From Acidobacteriota bacterium (GTDB taxonomy: Bacteria > Acidobacteriota > UBA6911 > RPQK01 > JAJDTT01), in assembly GCA_965263035.1 (NCBI GenBank), contig OZ253580.1, positions 4,992,001 to 5,056,000 on the forward strand: a stretch of 64,000 bases of DNA. Reading direction: 5' to 3'. The translations under genes were made by a program, and so were the position numbers. The notes under the pieces are model-generated. The model was not told the origin of the DNA and did not search any database. It worked only from the letters and a program-made list of their open reading frames with translations. Below are positions 51,240 to 60,882 of this stretch, piece after piece (position 1 is the stretch's first letter; each line of letters starts with the position of its first letter).

Positions 51240-53774
51240 ATGAGCAAAATGAAAACGGGGAATTCCGTCTCCGAACAATCCAATGTCACCATCGTTTCCG
51301 TAGATCTGGGCCGGTGGACCGCGGCGGAGACTCCGTCCGCCATCGTGCAGGCCGTTAGAGATGAAGTGGCCGCCTCGGTCCCCCGATCTGGTCTTCGCGG
51401 GTCCTGGGTTCAGGCCTTCGGCGGGGACATTCACATCCATCTCTCCAGCCTCAATGGAGACTTTTCCTATGAGGATGCCGTCGGGGTTTCGGCCAGGATC
51501 GGACTGCAAGGGGGACTGACGGCCCTGGAGCGCGCTTTAGCGGCCGGACTGGCGGGACCCGAGGCAGAAGGGGTCCTAACGCTGGCTGCGGACGCGCAGC
51601 GGGAGGCTCTGGGCGTTCGCCTATTGAACTTCCCCTATACCGAGCGAGGAGCCGAACCCATCTTCGTGGCCAAGGCCCTGGACGGCGCGTGGGGTTTCTT
51701 CAACCGTTCCCTCTTCAATCTCTTCTTCAATCCGGACAAGGGATCCGGGCGCAGGATCGAGGCCAATGACTATCTCGGAGTGGTCGAATCCATCGAAGAC
51801 CTGGCCGCGGGCCGGGATCGGGTCCGGACCTACGAGTTCGGACCGGGCCAGCTGAACGAGCTGGTGGCTCTCATCGCCGATGCCGAGCAATGGCGTCTGA
51901 GTCAGGTCTACGCGGTACGGGGCAGGTTCGCGGAGGGCGAGCTGCGGGATGAGCCGGCCGCGCTGGTGGGCGGAAGCTCCAATCCCATCCTGATCGGACG
52001 CTCCCAGTCGGGGCTTCCAGCCATCGGCGAATTCACTCAAGCTGCCGGAGAGTTTCATTTCGGTCCGGGTGGACACTGCGGGGAGTACCGGGTCGGACTG
52101 GTTCCGGTAGACTTTCCCGGAAGCCGTCCCCTCCGTTCCGGCGAGGGAGCCGCCCGGATTGTGGCCTACGCCTACCAGTCTTTCGATCGGGGCCGCATCC
52201 CCTCGGACACCGACGTCGTGGACATTTTCGGCCAGAATCGTCCCGAGACCCGCTGCCTGCAACGGGACGCCGCCGAACTGATCCGGCACCTGGTCGGTCA
52301 CGGCGAGTTCGAGCCCTATCTGAATCCCCATGCGTCGGAATCGAGGGCCGCGGCACTGGCCGGGCGACTCGCAAGTCGGCTCGAGGATATACCCGGCCAG
52401 GATTCCCTGATTGCAAGCGCCAACCAGCGGGCGCGTTTCACCATCTCGGACATCAAGGCCGACGGTGGAGGCAAAGTGGGACACACGACGCCGCCGAACC
52501 ATTTCCGGTTCGTGGCCAAGGCGAGTCTCCAGGAAGCGACCGAGCTGGGCCTCATCTCCTCGACCTCGGAGATCATCGAGGTGGGAGACGACGAGCACCT
52601 GCTCATGACCCATTCCCGCGGCGCCGACGACAACGCGGTCCACCTCTTCGCCTATCGGACCTTCTTTCGCCAGGTTTGGGTCGCCAGCACGCTGGGCTAC
52701 AAGTGGTACGGTCTGGGCCAGGATCTGGTGGGCGACGCCTCTGCCGGCCGCTCCACGGAGGAGCTGGCTCACCTCACCGATCGATTTCTCGAGCTGTTGG
52801 CCGATCACCTGCCCGAGGCCGAGTTGTCCCAGATTGGGGTTCTCGAGAAATCCTACCGGGACTGGAAGGCCGGGTTGGTCGAGGCCGGCGAGCCCGAACC
52901 GGTTTTCTCCGGCAACGTATCGGGGCAGGGGCCCGGCTTCGCCGAGCTGCCCCTCAACCGCACGCAACGGGTAGGCCTTCTGTCCATCGACAAGGCAGGA
53001 CCCTCGGCCTTCAACCTGCCCGTCTGGTGGAGCCTGAATCACGCCCGGACCAGCGGTTCATTGCAACGGCACCTCGAATCCATCGGCGGCGTGGGAGCCG
53101 TTCTGGAGGTCTGGGATGTGGAGCACCATCGCCGGATCTTCCTGGACCTGGACACCGAGTCGGGGCATTGCCAGACGCTGCTGGGCGCCGTGGAGAAGTT
53201 CAACGTCAAACGGGTCTGGAGCCGGAACGGGGAATTCGATCCGTCGCGGCCTCACCAGTGCCTGGACGAGGTCCTGCTGTCGGCTTCCACCGAAAAGCTG
53301 GCCGTCATTTCGGGGGGTGAGTATCTGGGCAAGGACGATCCGGTGCTGCTTTCGGTGGAGCCGCTGGCCGAGGGGCTCAATCTCTTCATGCGGGACCACT
53401 TCTACATGACTCAAGGGGACGGGCGGGGGTCCCACTACATGTTTCCGACGCCACTCTCTTTCCGGGACGCCATCGCCACCATCTCCAGCCGGGGAGTCGC
53501 CGTATCCGCCTGGATCCAGTTGGATGAATCGGGTCGAATGACGGAGTTCCGGGACGTGTTTGCGGACCCCTCTTACGAAGCGGCTCAAGTGCGTGCCTAC
53601 CGGGTGAACAAGGCCATCTGGGACGCTCAGGGCGGGAACTTCATCCCGGTGGGGGTCGGGGCTTCCAAGGTGGAGAGTTCGTATCCCCTGGCCAAGACTC
53701 TGGCTCGCATCACCCGGCCGAATTCCGAGTACGCGTCCAGCCGGGACCAGGACCTTGTCCTGGTCCGGTCCTGA
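51240..53774 (+). CDS. Tandem two-domain FBP aldolase/phosphatase (class V FBPase)-like protein
   Basis: C-half has KADGGGKVGH, VGDD.HLLMTH, YGLGQDL, FSGNVSGQGPG, DK, YLGKDDPV, RGSH. N-half has ER.AEP, RSQSGLPAIGE, HGEFEP. Confidence 0.75.
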   Translation: MSKMKTGNSVSEQSNVTIVSVDLGRWTAAETPSAIVQAVRDEVAASVPRSGLRGSWVQAFGGDIHIHLSSLNGDFSYEDAVGVSARIGLQGGLTALERALAAGLAGPEAEGVLTLAADAQREALGVRLLNFPYTERGAEPIFVAKALDGAWGFFNRSLFNLFFNPDKGSGRRIEANDYLGVVESIEDLAAGRDRVRTYEFGPGQLNELVALIADAEQWRLSQVYAVRGRFAEGELRDEPAALVGGSSNPILIGRSQSGLPAIGEFTQAAGEFHFGPGGHCGEYRVGLVPVDFPGSRPLRSGEGAARIVAYAYQSFDRGRIPSDTDVVDIFGQNRPETRCLQRDAAELIRHLVGHGEFEPYLNPHASESRAAALAGRLASRLEDIPGQDSLIASANQRARFTISDIKADGGGKVGHTTPPNHFRFVAKASLQEATELGLISSTSEIIEVGDDEHLLMTHSRGADDNAVHLFAYRTFFRQVWVASTLGYKWYGLGQDLVGDASAGRSTEELAHLTDRFLELLADHLPEAELSQIGVLEKSYRDWKAGLVEAGEPEPVFSGNVSGQGPGFAELPLNRTQRVGLLSIDKAGPSAFNLPVWWSLNHARTSGSLQRHLESIGGVGAVLEVWDVEHHRRIFLDLDTESGHCQTLLGAVEKFNVKRVWSRNGEFDPSRPHQCLDEVLLSASTEKLAVISGGEYLGKDDPVLLSVEPLAEGLNLFMRDHFYMTQGDGRGSHYMFPTPLSFRDAIATISSRGVAVSAWIQLDESGRMTEFRDVFADPSYEAAQVRAYRVNKAIWDAQGGNFIPVGVGASKVESSYPLAKTLARITRPNSEYASSRDQDLVLVRS

Positions 53775-53856
53775 GACCGCAGGACGGGAAACATGGTCCC
53801 GGGACAAGAGCTCTCGCGAGGTTGGAAGGGCGCTGAATCGCGCCCCGGGGCGTTAT

Positions 53857-54014
53857 CAGCCCGTGGCAAAAGTCGTCACGGCATTCGACCGTCCCTGCAT
53901 CCCGGCGGACTGCGTTGCGACTCGTTCACATACTCCCGGTATGCTCCCTCATCGCGCCTTGTCCGGCGGGCGCAGGACCGGTTTCGGTGCTCGCGGGACT
54001 TTCACCACGGACTG
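53857..54014. mobile_element. MITE family A, copy 3 (inverted)
   Basis: Reverse-orientation copy with TTAT on both flanks (53853-53856 and 54015-54018). Confidence 0.85.
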
Positions 54015-54132
54015 TTATGCTCCGTTCACATTCCGCCGGATGGCGACGGGCGGGCACGAGAGTGCTCCTCCTCCGCGAGGGCTGGCGCATCATTCGTCCG
54101 GCTGGCATGCCGGACCTCCGGCACGGACCTCC

Positions 54133-54450
54133 ATGTCTCCTGACGTCATCCGAGCAGGGGGCATTTCCGTGGATCTGGAGCGATGTACGGCCCTGGCCGG
54201 ACGACGCGTGCTCCGTCTGACTCTCACCGAGTACAATCTTCTGGCTTGCCTGTTGCGAAACGCGGGACGGACTCTGAGCCGCCGTCAACTGCTGAATGCG
54301 GCCTGGGGAGAGCACTATCAGGGCGGCGAACGGACAGTGGATACCCACGTGGGACGGCTCCGGAAGAAGCTGGGCAAGGCGGGACAAAGGATCCAGACCT
54401 TGCGTGGGAGGGGCTACAAGCTGGATGCGATCCGGCGGCGGTCAAGTTGA
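54133..54450 (+). CDS. Stand-alone OmpR/PhoB-type winged-helix DNA-binding protein
   Basis: LTLTEY.LL..L, SR.QLL..AWG, RTVDTHV.RLR.KL, I.TLRG.GY. No receiver domain. Confidence 0.8.
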   Translation: MSPDVIRAGGISVDLERCTALAGRRVLRLTLTEYNLLACLLRNAGRTLSRRQLLNAAWGEHYQGGERTVDTHVGRLRKKLGKAGQRIQTLRGRGYKLDAIRRRSS

Positions 54451-54475
54451 CCTGCTGGTCTTCGAGGCTGAGAAT

Positions 54476-55135
54476 ATGCGGGCCGTGAGTTCCTTCGAGA
54501 TCGAGTCGGACGCAGTGGGGCCGTTCTTCAAGAACGGCTATATCCTGTCATGTCCGGCCACCGGAAACGCCATCTACATCGACCCCGGAGACGAGGCTTC
54601 TCGCCTTCTGGCCCGGATTCGGGAGCGCCGCCTCAACTTGATCGCCGTGGTGCTGACCCATGCCCACGTGGATCACATCACGGGAGTCGGACAAGTGGTG
54701 GAAGAGTGGGGCACCCCCATCTACCTGCACCCTGAGGATCGATCCATCTACGACGCTCTGCCCGAATGGGGCTATTGGTTCGGGCTCACTTGCGATCCTG
54801 CGCCGCCGCCGACCGATGTCCTGGAGGACGGACAAACCTTGAGCTTGGACTGCCTGCAGATCCGCGTGCATCACACGCCCGGCCACTCCCCCGGCAGCGT
54901 CTCGCTGGAAGTGGAGAATCACCTGTTCTGCGGAGACACGGTGTTTCAGGGATCCATCGGCCGGACCGATCTGCCCTCGTCGTCCTACGACGTCCTGATC
55001 GAGACCATTCGAACCCGGATCCTTCCCCTGGGAGACGACACTATTCTGTATCCGGGCCACGGACCCGTGACCACGGTGGGTGAGGAGCGACGCTACAACC
55101 CGTTCCTCACGGGTGCGGTCCGTCCCGTGGGCTAG
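54476..55135 (+). CDS. MBL-fold metallo-hydrolase (glyoxalase II-like)
   Basis: LTHAHVDH, TPGHSPG, GD.VF.GSIGRTD, PGHG. Confidence 0.93.
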   Translation: MRAVSSFEIESDAVGPFFKNGYILSCPATGNAIYIDPGDEASRLLARIRERRLNLIAVVLTHAHVDHITGVGQVVEEWGTPIYLHPEDRSIYDALPEWGYWFGLTCDPAPPPTDVLEDGQTLSLDCLQIRVHHTPGHSPGSVSLEVENHLFCGDTVFQGSIGRTDLPSSSYDVLIETIRTRILPLGDDTILYPGHGPVTTVGEERRYNPFLTGAVRPVG

Positions 55136-55137
55136 GA

Positions 55138-57599
55138 CTGCCCTATACCCACAAATAGTGCTGGACAAACAAGAATGCCTGTCGTAGTCTTCACGACATG
55201 GTAGTTCAGAACCAGATCAAGCGCACCTTGAGCCGAGAGTTGGATCGTTTGCACGCCGTGATGAGGCGGGAGAAGTTCGCCCACCGGACGGCGCTGGCGG
55301 ACCGGGTCTGCTCGGAGTTTGGATTTCACGATGCCCGAGGGCGGGCGCAACGGAGCGGCTGCCTGAAGGCGCTCCGGGAGCTGGAGGCGGGCGGACGGAT
55401 TCGTCTGCCGACGCCGCGACGGCGGGTGAACCATTGCGGGCCCCGAGGACTGGGCCGTGCGGTGCCGGAGCCGGTGGAAGTGCCCGAGACGGTGGACGGC
55501 GTGCGGGAGCTGGAGTTGATTCTGGTGGAGACGGGTCCGCAACGAGCGCTCTGGAACGAGTTGATGGCGCGAGAGCATCCACGGGGCGCGGGGCCGTTGG
55601 TGGGTGCTCAACTACGCTATCTGGTGGGCTCGGCCCACGGCTGGCTGGGGGGCTTGGGGTTCGGGGCGGCGGCGTTGCGGTTGCGGGACCGGGACCGCTG
55701 GATCGGATGGGATGAGGAACAACGCCGGGCGCACCTGCACCGGGTGGTGGGGCTGAGCCGGTTTCTGATCCGTCCGTCAGTGAGGTGTCGTAATCTGGCC
55801 TCCCGGGTGCTGGGGGAGGTGTTGCGGCGGCTGGGTCCGGAGTTCCAGGCGCGCTACGGCTACCGTCCCTGGCTGGTGGAGACCTTCGTGGAGACGGCTC
55901 GCCACGATGGGGCCAGTTTGCGCGCCACGAACTGGAGGGTTCTGGGGCAGACGCAGGGTCGAGGCCGGCAAGATCGGGCGCACCGGGGTGCGGAGACGAG
56001 CAAGGCGATCTATGGGTATGAGTTGTGCCGGGATTGGCGTCGGCGGTTGGGGGTGGGACCGGCGCCGAGGCGGGGAGTGGAACCGATGTCGGAGGGCGAG
56101 GGACTGGAGGGAGAGGGCTGGGCTCAGCAGGAGTTGGGCGGGGCGCCGCTGGGAGACCGGCGCTTGAGTCGGCGACTGGTGGAGAGTGCGCACCGTCAGG
56201 CGCAGGAGCCGGGGCGGGCGTTCACGGGAGTGGCGCGGGGCGATCCGGCGGCGGTCAAGGGATACTACCGGCTGATCGACCAGCCGGAAGCCTCGGCGGT
56301 GACGGTGTCCAACATCCTGGCCCCGCACCGGGAGCGGACCCGGCAGCGGATGCAGGGGCAGCGGACGGTGCTGTGCATCCAGGACGGGAGCGATCTGAAC
56401 TTCACGCGGCACGGCCGGTGTGAGGGACTGGGGGTGATCGGGCGCAACCAGACGGGAGCGACGGCGCGGGGACTGCATCTGCACGCGACGCTGGTGGTGA
56501 GTGAGACGGGGCTGCCGCTGGGGGTGTTGCGGGCGAAGCTGGACGCGCCGAAGCCGGGACCGGTGGCCACGCGGAAAAAGAAGAAGACGTATCGCTGGAT
56601 CGAGGGACTTCGGGACTGCGCCGAGGTGTCGCGGTCCCTCGACGGGGTGCGGGTGGTCAGCGTGGTGGACCGGGAGGCGGATTTTTTCGCACTGTTCGCC
56701 GAGCAACGAGCGTCTCCGGAGGTGGAGTTGCTGGTGCGTGCGAAGCAGGATCGGGTGCTGAAGAGGAAGACCCCGGCGAAGGCGGCCGGGAAAAGCGCGG
56801 ATCCGGACCCGGAGCAGAAGCGGAAGCTGTTCGGGCGCCTGCGATCGGCGCCGGTGCGGGCCCGGATGCTGCTGGAGGTGAAGCGTCAGAGTGCGCGGAT
56901 CAAGGCCAGCAAGCAGGCGGCCCGCCCGCGGCGGCTGGCGCGGGTGGCTCGGATGGAACTGCGCTACGAGACCCTGACGATTCCGGCGCCGCGCGGGAAC
57001 CCAACCGGCATCCCGTCGCTGAGACTGTCGGTGGTGCACGCGCGGGAGGTCGCGCCGCCGGCGCAGGGGAAGCGCCTGGAATGGTTCCTGCTCACCACCC
57101 TGCCGGTGACCGATGTCGAGACGGCGCAGCAACTGCTGAGATGGTATGCGCTGCGCTGGCGGGTGGAGGATTATTTCCGGGTGCTCAAGACCGGATGCCG
57201 GGTACAACAGCTCCAGCACCAAACCGCCGAACGTCTGAAACGGGCCATCGCCATGCACGCCGTCATCGCCTGGCGGATCATGCTGATGACGCTGTTGGGG
57301 CGAGAGGACCCGGACCTGCCGGCGCAATTGTTGTTCTCGGATCTGGAAATTCGGGTCCTGGGGGCGTTTGCCGCGTCGCGAGGATTCCCAGCGCCGGAAG
57401 ACCTGGGGGCGGCCGTGCTCGTGCTGGCCCGCCTGGGAGGATATCTGGCTCGTAAACACGACTCCCCACCTGGGCATCAACTGATGTGGCAGGGCTACGT
57501 CACGCTCTACGGCATGTGTCTGGGCTTCGCTTTACGAGAAGAAACATGAATGAAACCGGACGGCTAATTTGCCCTGTGCAATATGTGGGTAAAGGGCAG
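55138..57599 (+). mobile_element. IS4 family element
   Basis: TIRs CTGCCCTATACCCACAAAT / ATATGTGGGTAAAGGGCAG (17/19 match). Flanked by CTAGGA and TCCTAG. Inserted next to the MBL gene's stop codon. Confidence 0.88.
55198..57549 (+). CDS. IS4 (IS50/Tn5-like) transposase with N-terminal DUF4338-like domain
   Basis: LGDRRL..RL, IQDGS, DREAD, W.LLTT, Y..RW.VEDYFR.LK.GC (YREK), LARLGGY. N-terminal GAQLRYL, RD.WIGW, RFLI.P, NLAS, ETFV. Confidence 0.9.
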   Translation: MVVQNQIKRTLSRELDRLHAVMRREKFAHRTALADRVCSEFGFHDARGRAQRSGCLKALRELEAGGRIRLPTPRRRVNHCGPRGLGRAVPEPVEVPETVDGVRELELILVETGPQRALWNELMAREHPRGAGPLVGAQLRYLVGSAHGWLGGLGFGAAALRLRDRDRWIGWDEEQRRAHLHRVVGLSRFLIRPSVRCRNLASRVLGEVLRRLGPEFQARYGYRPWLVETFVETARHDGASLRATNWRVLGQTQGRGRQDRAHRGAETSKAIYGYELCRDWRRRLGVGPAPRRGVEPMSEGEGLEGEGWAQQELGGAPLGDRRLSRRLVESAHRQAQEPGRAFTGVARGDPAAVKGYYRLIDQPEASAVTVSNILAPHRERTRQRMQGQRTVLCIQDGSDLNFTRHGRCEGLGVIGRNQTGATARGLHLHATLVVSETGLPLGVLRAKLDAPKPGPVATRKKKKTYRWIEGLRDCAEVSRSLDGVRVVSVVDREADFFALFAEQRASPEVELLVRAKQDRVLKRKTPAKAAGKSADPDPEQKRKLFGRLRSAPVRARMLLEVKRQSARIKASKQAARPRRLARVARMELRYETLTIPAPRGNPTGIPSLRLSVVHAREVAPPAQGKRLEWFLLTTLPVTDVETAQQLLRWYALRWRVEDYFRVLKTGCRVQQLQHQTAERLKRAIAMHAVIAWRIMLMTLLGREDPDLPAQLLFSDLEIRVLGAFAASRGFPAPEDLGAAVLVLARLGGYLARKHDSPPGHQLMWQGYVTLYGMCLGFALREET

Positions 57600-57618
57600 T
57601 CCTAGGTCTAGGAAACGG

Positions 57619-58701
57619 ATGATGGGAAACGAAAACAGAGATCCATCGTACTCCCGCCGGCAGTGGATGGGGCTGGCCGCACTGGGCGGCGTAACGGCAG
57701 TGTCCGCCGGAGCACGGCAGGCGGCCTCGGAAACACCGGCGAGTCCACACCGGCTCGCGTTGAGGGCGGGGGAGTTGGAGGCCCTGGTGGTGGACAACCA
57801 CGACGGGCTGGCCGGTGAAGAACAGAAACGCAGCCGAGCTTCGGTCCCCCAAGTGGCCGGGGGATTCGGACGCCTTACCGTCGCGGTCCCCTTTGAGAAT
57901 CGTCACAATGGCTACAACGGAGTCGCCCGCTTCAGTTACCGAGGTTCTCCACACCCCTTTCTTCCCGTTGCTTCGGGTCTGAATTGCGAGTTCTTCTTCG
58001 ACGGTACCGAGGGCACCTTCGAACCCCGCTGGAGTGACCTGGAGAACTTCCAGGCCCAGGCGTCGCGCCTGAAGCGAATTTCCGAGCAGGAGGCCTGGCT
58101 TCAGATCGACCCGGGCGAGCGTTGGGGCGTCCAGGTGGAGACCACGTTCCGATTGGTGGAACCGTGGTTCCTGGACGTGGAGCACGCCTTCACACCCACC
58201 CGGCTGGATAAGATCCGGACCCGGTATTTGGGCGTGTTCTGGGCCAGCTACATCCAGGCTCCCCGAAATCCGGGCTACTACGTCTGGGGCAGGCGGTCCA
58301 ACTTCGATTCGCCGGCTTGGCACGGTATCTTCGACGCCCTGGATCTGCACGAATCGGGAGCGATCCGGGCCGAGCGAGGTCCAGTAGGGGAGGGGTTGCG
58401 GGCCCAGGGAAGGCGTCTGCTCTACAGCTTCGGCTCGGTGCGCTACGTCGAACCCCTGATGGCCGGCAAGGTCCACGGCATGTTGTTAGCCTACTTGTTC
58501 CGCCCTTCGGAAGAGTTGGAAATCCGACCCGCCTTCAACGCCGGCGGGGGAGGAGTCGGCGGCCCCGCGTGGGACTACCAGGCGGTGGTCCCGGACCCGG
58601 AGGAAGGACGTCGGTACAGCTTTCGGCTGAGAGTCGTCTACAAACCCTTCGAAGCTCTGGACGAGGCCCTGGACCTGCACCGGGAGTGGGTCACAGGATA
58701 G
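57619..58701 (+). CDS. Tat-signal hypothetical protein (beta-sandwich, mutarotase-like)
   Basis: SRRQWM signal. HNGYNG, GLN.E, FWASYI and PAWDYQ motifs. Host-like codon usage. Confidence 0.65.
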   Translation: MMGNENRDPSYSRRQWMGLAALGGVTAVSAGARQAASETPASPHRLALRAGELEALVVDNHDGLAGEEQKRSRASVPQVAGGFGRLTVAVPFENRHNGYNGVARFSYRGSPHPFLPVASGLNCEFFFDGTEGTFEPRWSDLENFQAQASRLKRISEQEAWLQIDPGERWGVQVETTFRLVEPWFLDVEHAFTPTRLDKIRTRYLGVFWASYIQAPRNPGYYVWGRRSNFDSPAWHGIFDALDLHESGAIRAERGPVGEGLRAQGRRLLYSFGSVRYVEPLMAGKVHGMLLAYLFRPSEELEIRPAFNAGGGGVGGPAWDYQAVVPDPEEGRRYSFRLRVVYKPFEALDEALDLHREWVTG

Positions 58702-58807
58702 TCTCAAACCGGAACCATCTTCTTCCTGGAAACGTGACGGGTACTCGAGACTCGCTTGGACGGTGGCGATATCCTAACGTCTAATACGGAGGAGGGGTGA
58801 TGAAATC

Positions 58808-59017
58808 ATGGCCCCGTACAACCGTCTGGAGGCAACCATCGCCAGCGGCGACGAAACCCGTCTTCGCATGCTTCACGTTTTGTTGTACGAGGCGTTGACA
58901 CCGAGCGTGGAGAAAATCCGACCGGATATACTCACGATCGCTCAGGAAGTGCCGGACAAACTGCCGAGACCACCCAAGAGTGCTGACCGAGCCAACCCTG
59001 ATCGGTATGTCACCTGA
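58808..59017 (+). CDS. Small hypothetical protein or gene remnant abutting avs2
   Basis: Its TGA is immediately followed by the avs2 ATG. Lower-GC island context. Confidence 0.35.
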   Translation: MAPYNRLEATIASGDETRLRMLHVLLYEALTPSVEKIRPDILTIAQEVPDKLPRPPKSADRANPDRYVT

Positions 59018-60869
59018 ATGAGCCTTCCAGACATCAATTTCGAGAAAATTCGTCCGTTTGACGGAAGCCGTCACGCAGGGTTCGAGGAAATGTGTTGCCA
59101 ACTCGTCTATTTGGAACCAGCATCCTCGGGCAAAACTTTCCACAGGAAAGGCCACGGTGGCGACGCAGGCGTCGAATGCTACCGTCGGCGTGCAGACGGG
59201 ACGGAAGTGGGATGGCAGGCCAAATATCTCTTTCACTGGAATGACGGTCTCAAGGCGCAGCTCGACAATTCGATACGCACGGCATTGGATAAGCACCCGC
59301 ATCTCGTTGAGTACGTCGTCTGCCTTCCGTTCAATCTTTCCGATTCTCGAACCGGCAAGGGCAAGACCGCACGAACGAAGTGGGACACTTGGTGCACGAA
59401 ATGGGAGGAGTTCACCGCTACGCAGCAGCGTCACCTGACAATCACTTTGTGGGGCAAGAGCGAATTCAGCGCTCGGTTGGCTCGCGAAGACCCCGCCTAC
59501 TCCGGTCGACTTCTCTATTGGTTCGGGACCGAAGCTGTCACGTCAGCTTGGTTCAATGAGAAGTTTGGAACGGCAAGGGCGTCTCTGGGCAGCCGATACA
59601 CTCCCGAGACAAACGTCGAACTCCCAATTCGACAGGACTTTGTCGCCTTCGCCCGCCATCCTGAGCTTCAGCGGCAGATTGACGGGTGGCTATTCCGGGT
59701 CACCAAGAAAGGAAGCGATGCCGTAGATGCCATACGCAGGACGGGTTCGGAGGCAGCCGAAATCTATTCCGAGCCTCTGGCCGAGGCAATTCGTGCTCTG
59801 ACGTCTTTACTTGACGGGGATCCAATCGGTCCCGACCAACCCTATCCTGTAGACGATTGGACGTCCGAAGTATCAAGCTGTCTCAATCTTGCCAGAAAGG
59901 CCCTTCGCTGGTCCTACGACCTTCCGCCTTCCAAGCCCGGACGCATGGGGATCAGGCCCGAACAGCAAGCGCAACATACCCTTCATGAGCTGATGGAAGT
60001 ATTGCATGAAATCAAGAGGGCTCTCGCTTCGAACCGTTGGCGACTGACCAACGCGAAGGCGGTTCTGTTACAGGGCCCGGCCGGCATCGGTAAGTCCCAT
60101 TTGCTTGCCGACATCGTGGAGCACCATCTTCACGAAGGTGGTCCGGCGCTGCTCCTTCTTGGAGGTGAGTTTGTCGACAATGCGCTGTGGCCGCAGATTC
60201 GCGACCAACTCGATTGCCCACCAACGGAGCAGTTCAAGCACTTCCTCGGGAGTCTGGACGCAGCAGCGCAGGCCGTGGGCATGAGAGCAATTGTGTGCAT
60301 CGATGCTCTGAACGAACGCAACGGCATTGATGTCTGGCCGGATCGTCTCTTAGGCTTCCTCAATAGTATCGAGGCTTTCCCGCGAGTCGGCGTAATCGTG
60401 TCATGCCGCTCGACCTATGTTCGGTATGTGATCCCGGATGACCTGGATGAAGATCGGCTCTTCCTTGTTGTTCACGAAGGCTTTGCCGCGGATGGCGGAG
60501 AAGCTGCGAGGGTCTATCTCGACAAACGAGGAATGGTTCGACCTGGGGCACCTAATCTCGTTCCCGAGTTTGAAAATCCGCTTTTCTTGAAGACGTGCTG
60601 CGACTCCCTGCAAAAGGAGGGGAAAACCGAATTCCCTAAAGGTCTACGCGGCGCCACATCGATCTTCGAGTTTTATTACGAGGCAGTGACTCGATCGTTG
60701 AACCGGCGAATGAAGCTTGATCCTAATCTGGAGATCGTGCCGCAAGCAATCACAGGCTTTGCGCAATTGCTGGTGGGAGCCGGCGAGGGATATGCCCGGA
60801 AGCGCGATGCAGTTGATTTATTTGAATCAGTCCTCGCCTCGAGCGGAAGCCTTGAAAAGAGTCTGCTAG
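59018..60869 (+). pseudogene. avs2: AVAST type 2 (Avs2)-like STAND ATPase, interrupted
   Basis: N-terminal nuclease-like FEE.CCQL...GGD.GVE...GWQAKY, Walker A GPAGIGKSH, Walker B IDALNE, SCRSTY, EFENPLFLK. Plausible protein sequence ends after ~617 aa at the insertion, with no C-terminal sensor region. Confidence 0.75.
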
Positions 60870-60882
60870 CCTGCATTTCTCA

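Noticed and set aside
487-57480. Long overlapping or antisense ORFs (e.g. 2373-4643, 33413-35257, 38565-40136, 55777-57480) and the upstream extensions of 26274-28487 and 43185-45200
   Set aside because: These are shadow frames of well-supported genes in high-GC DNA, with no motifs of their own.
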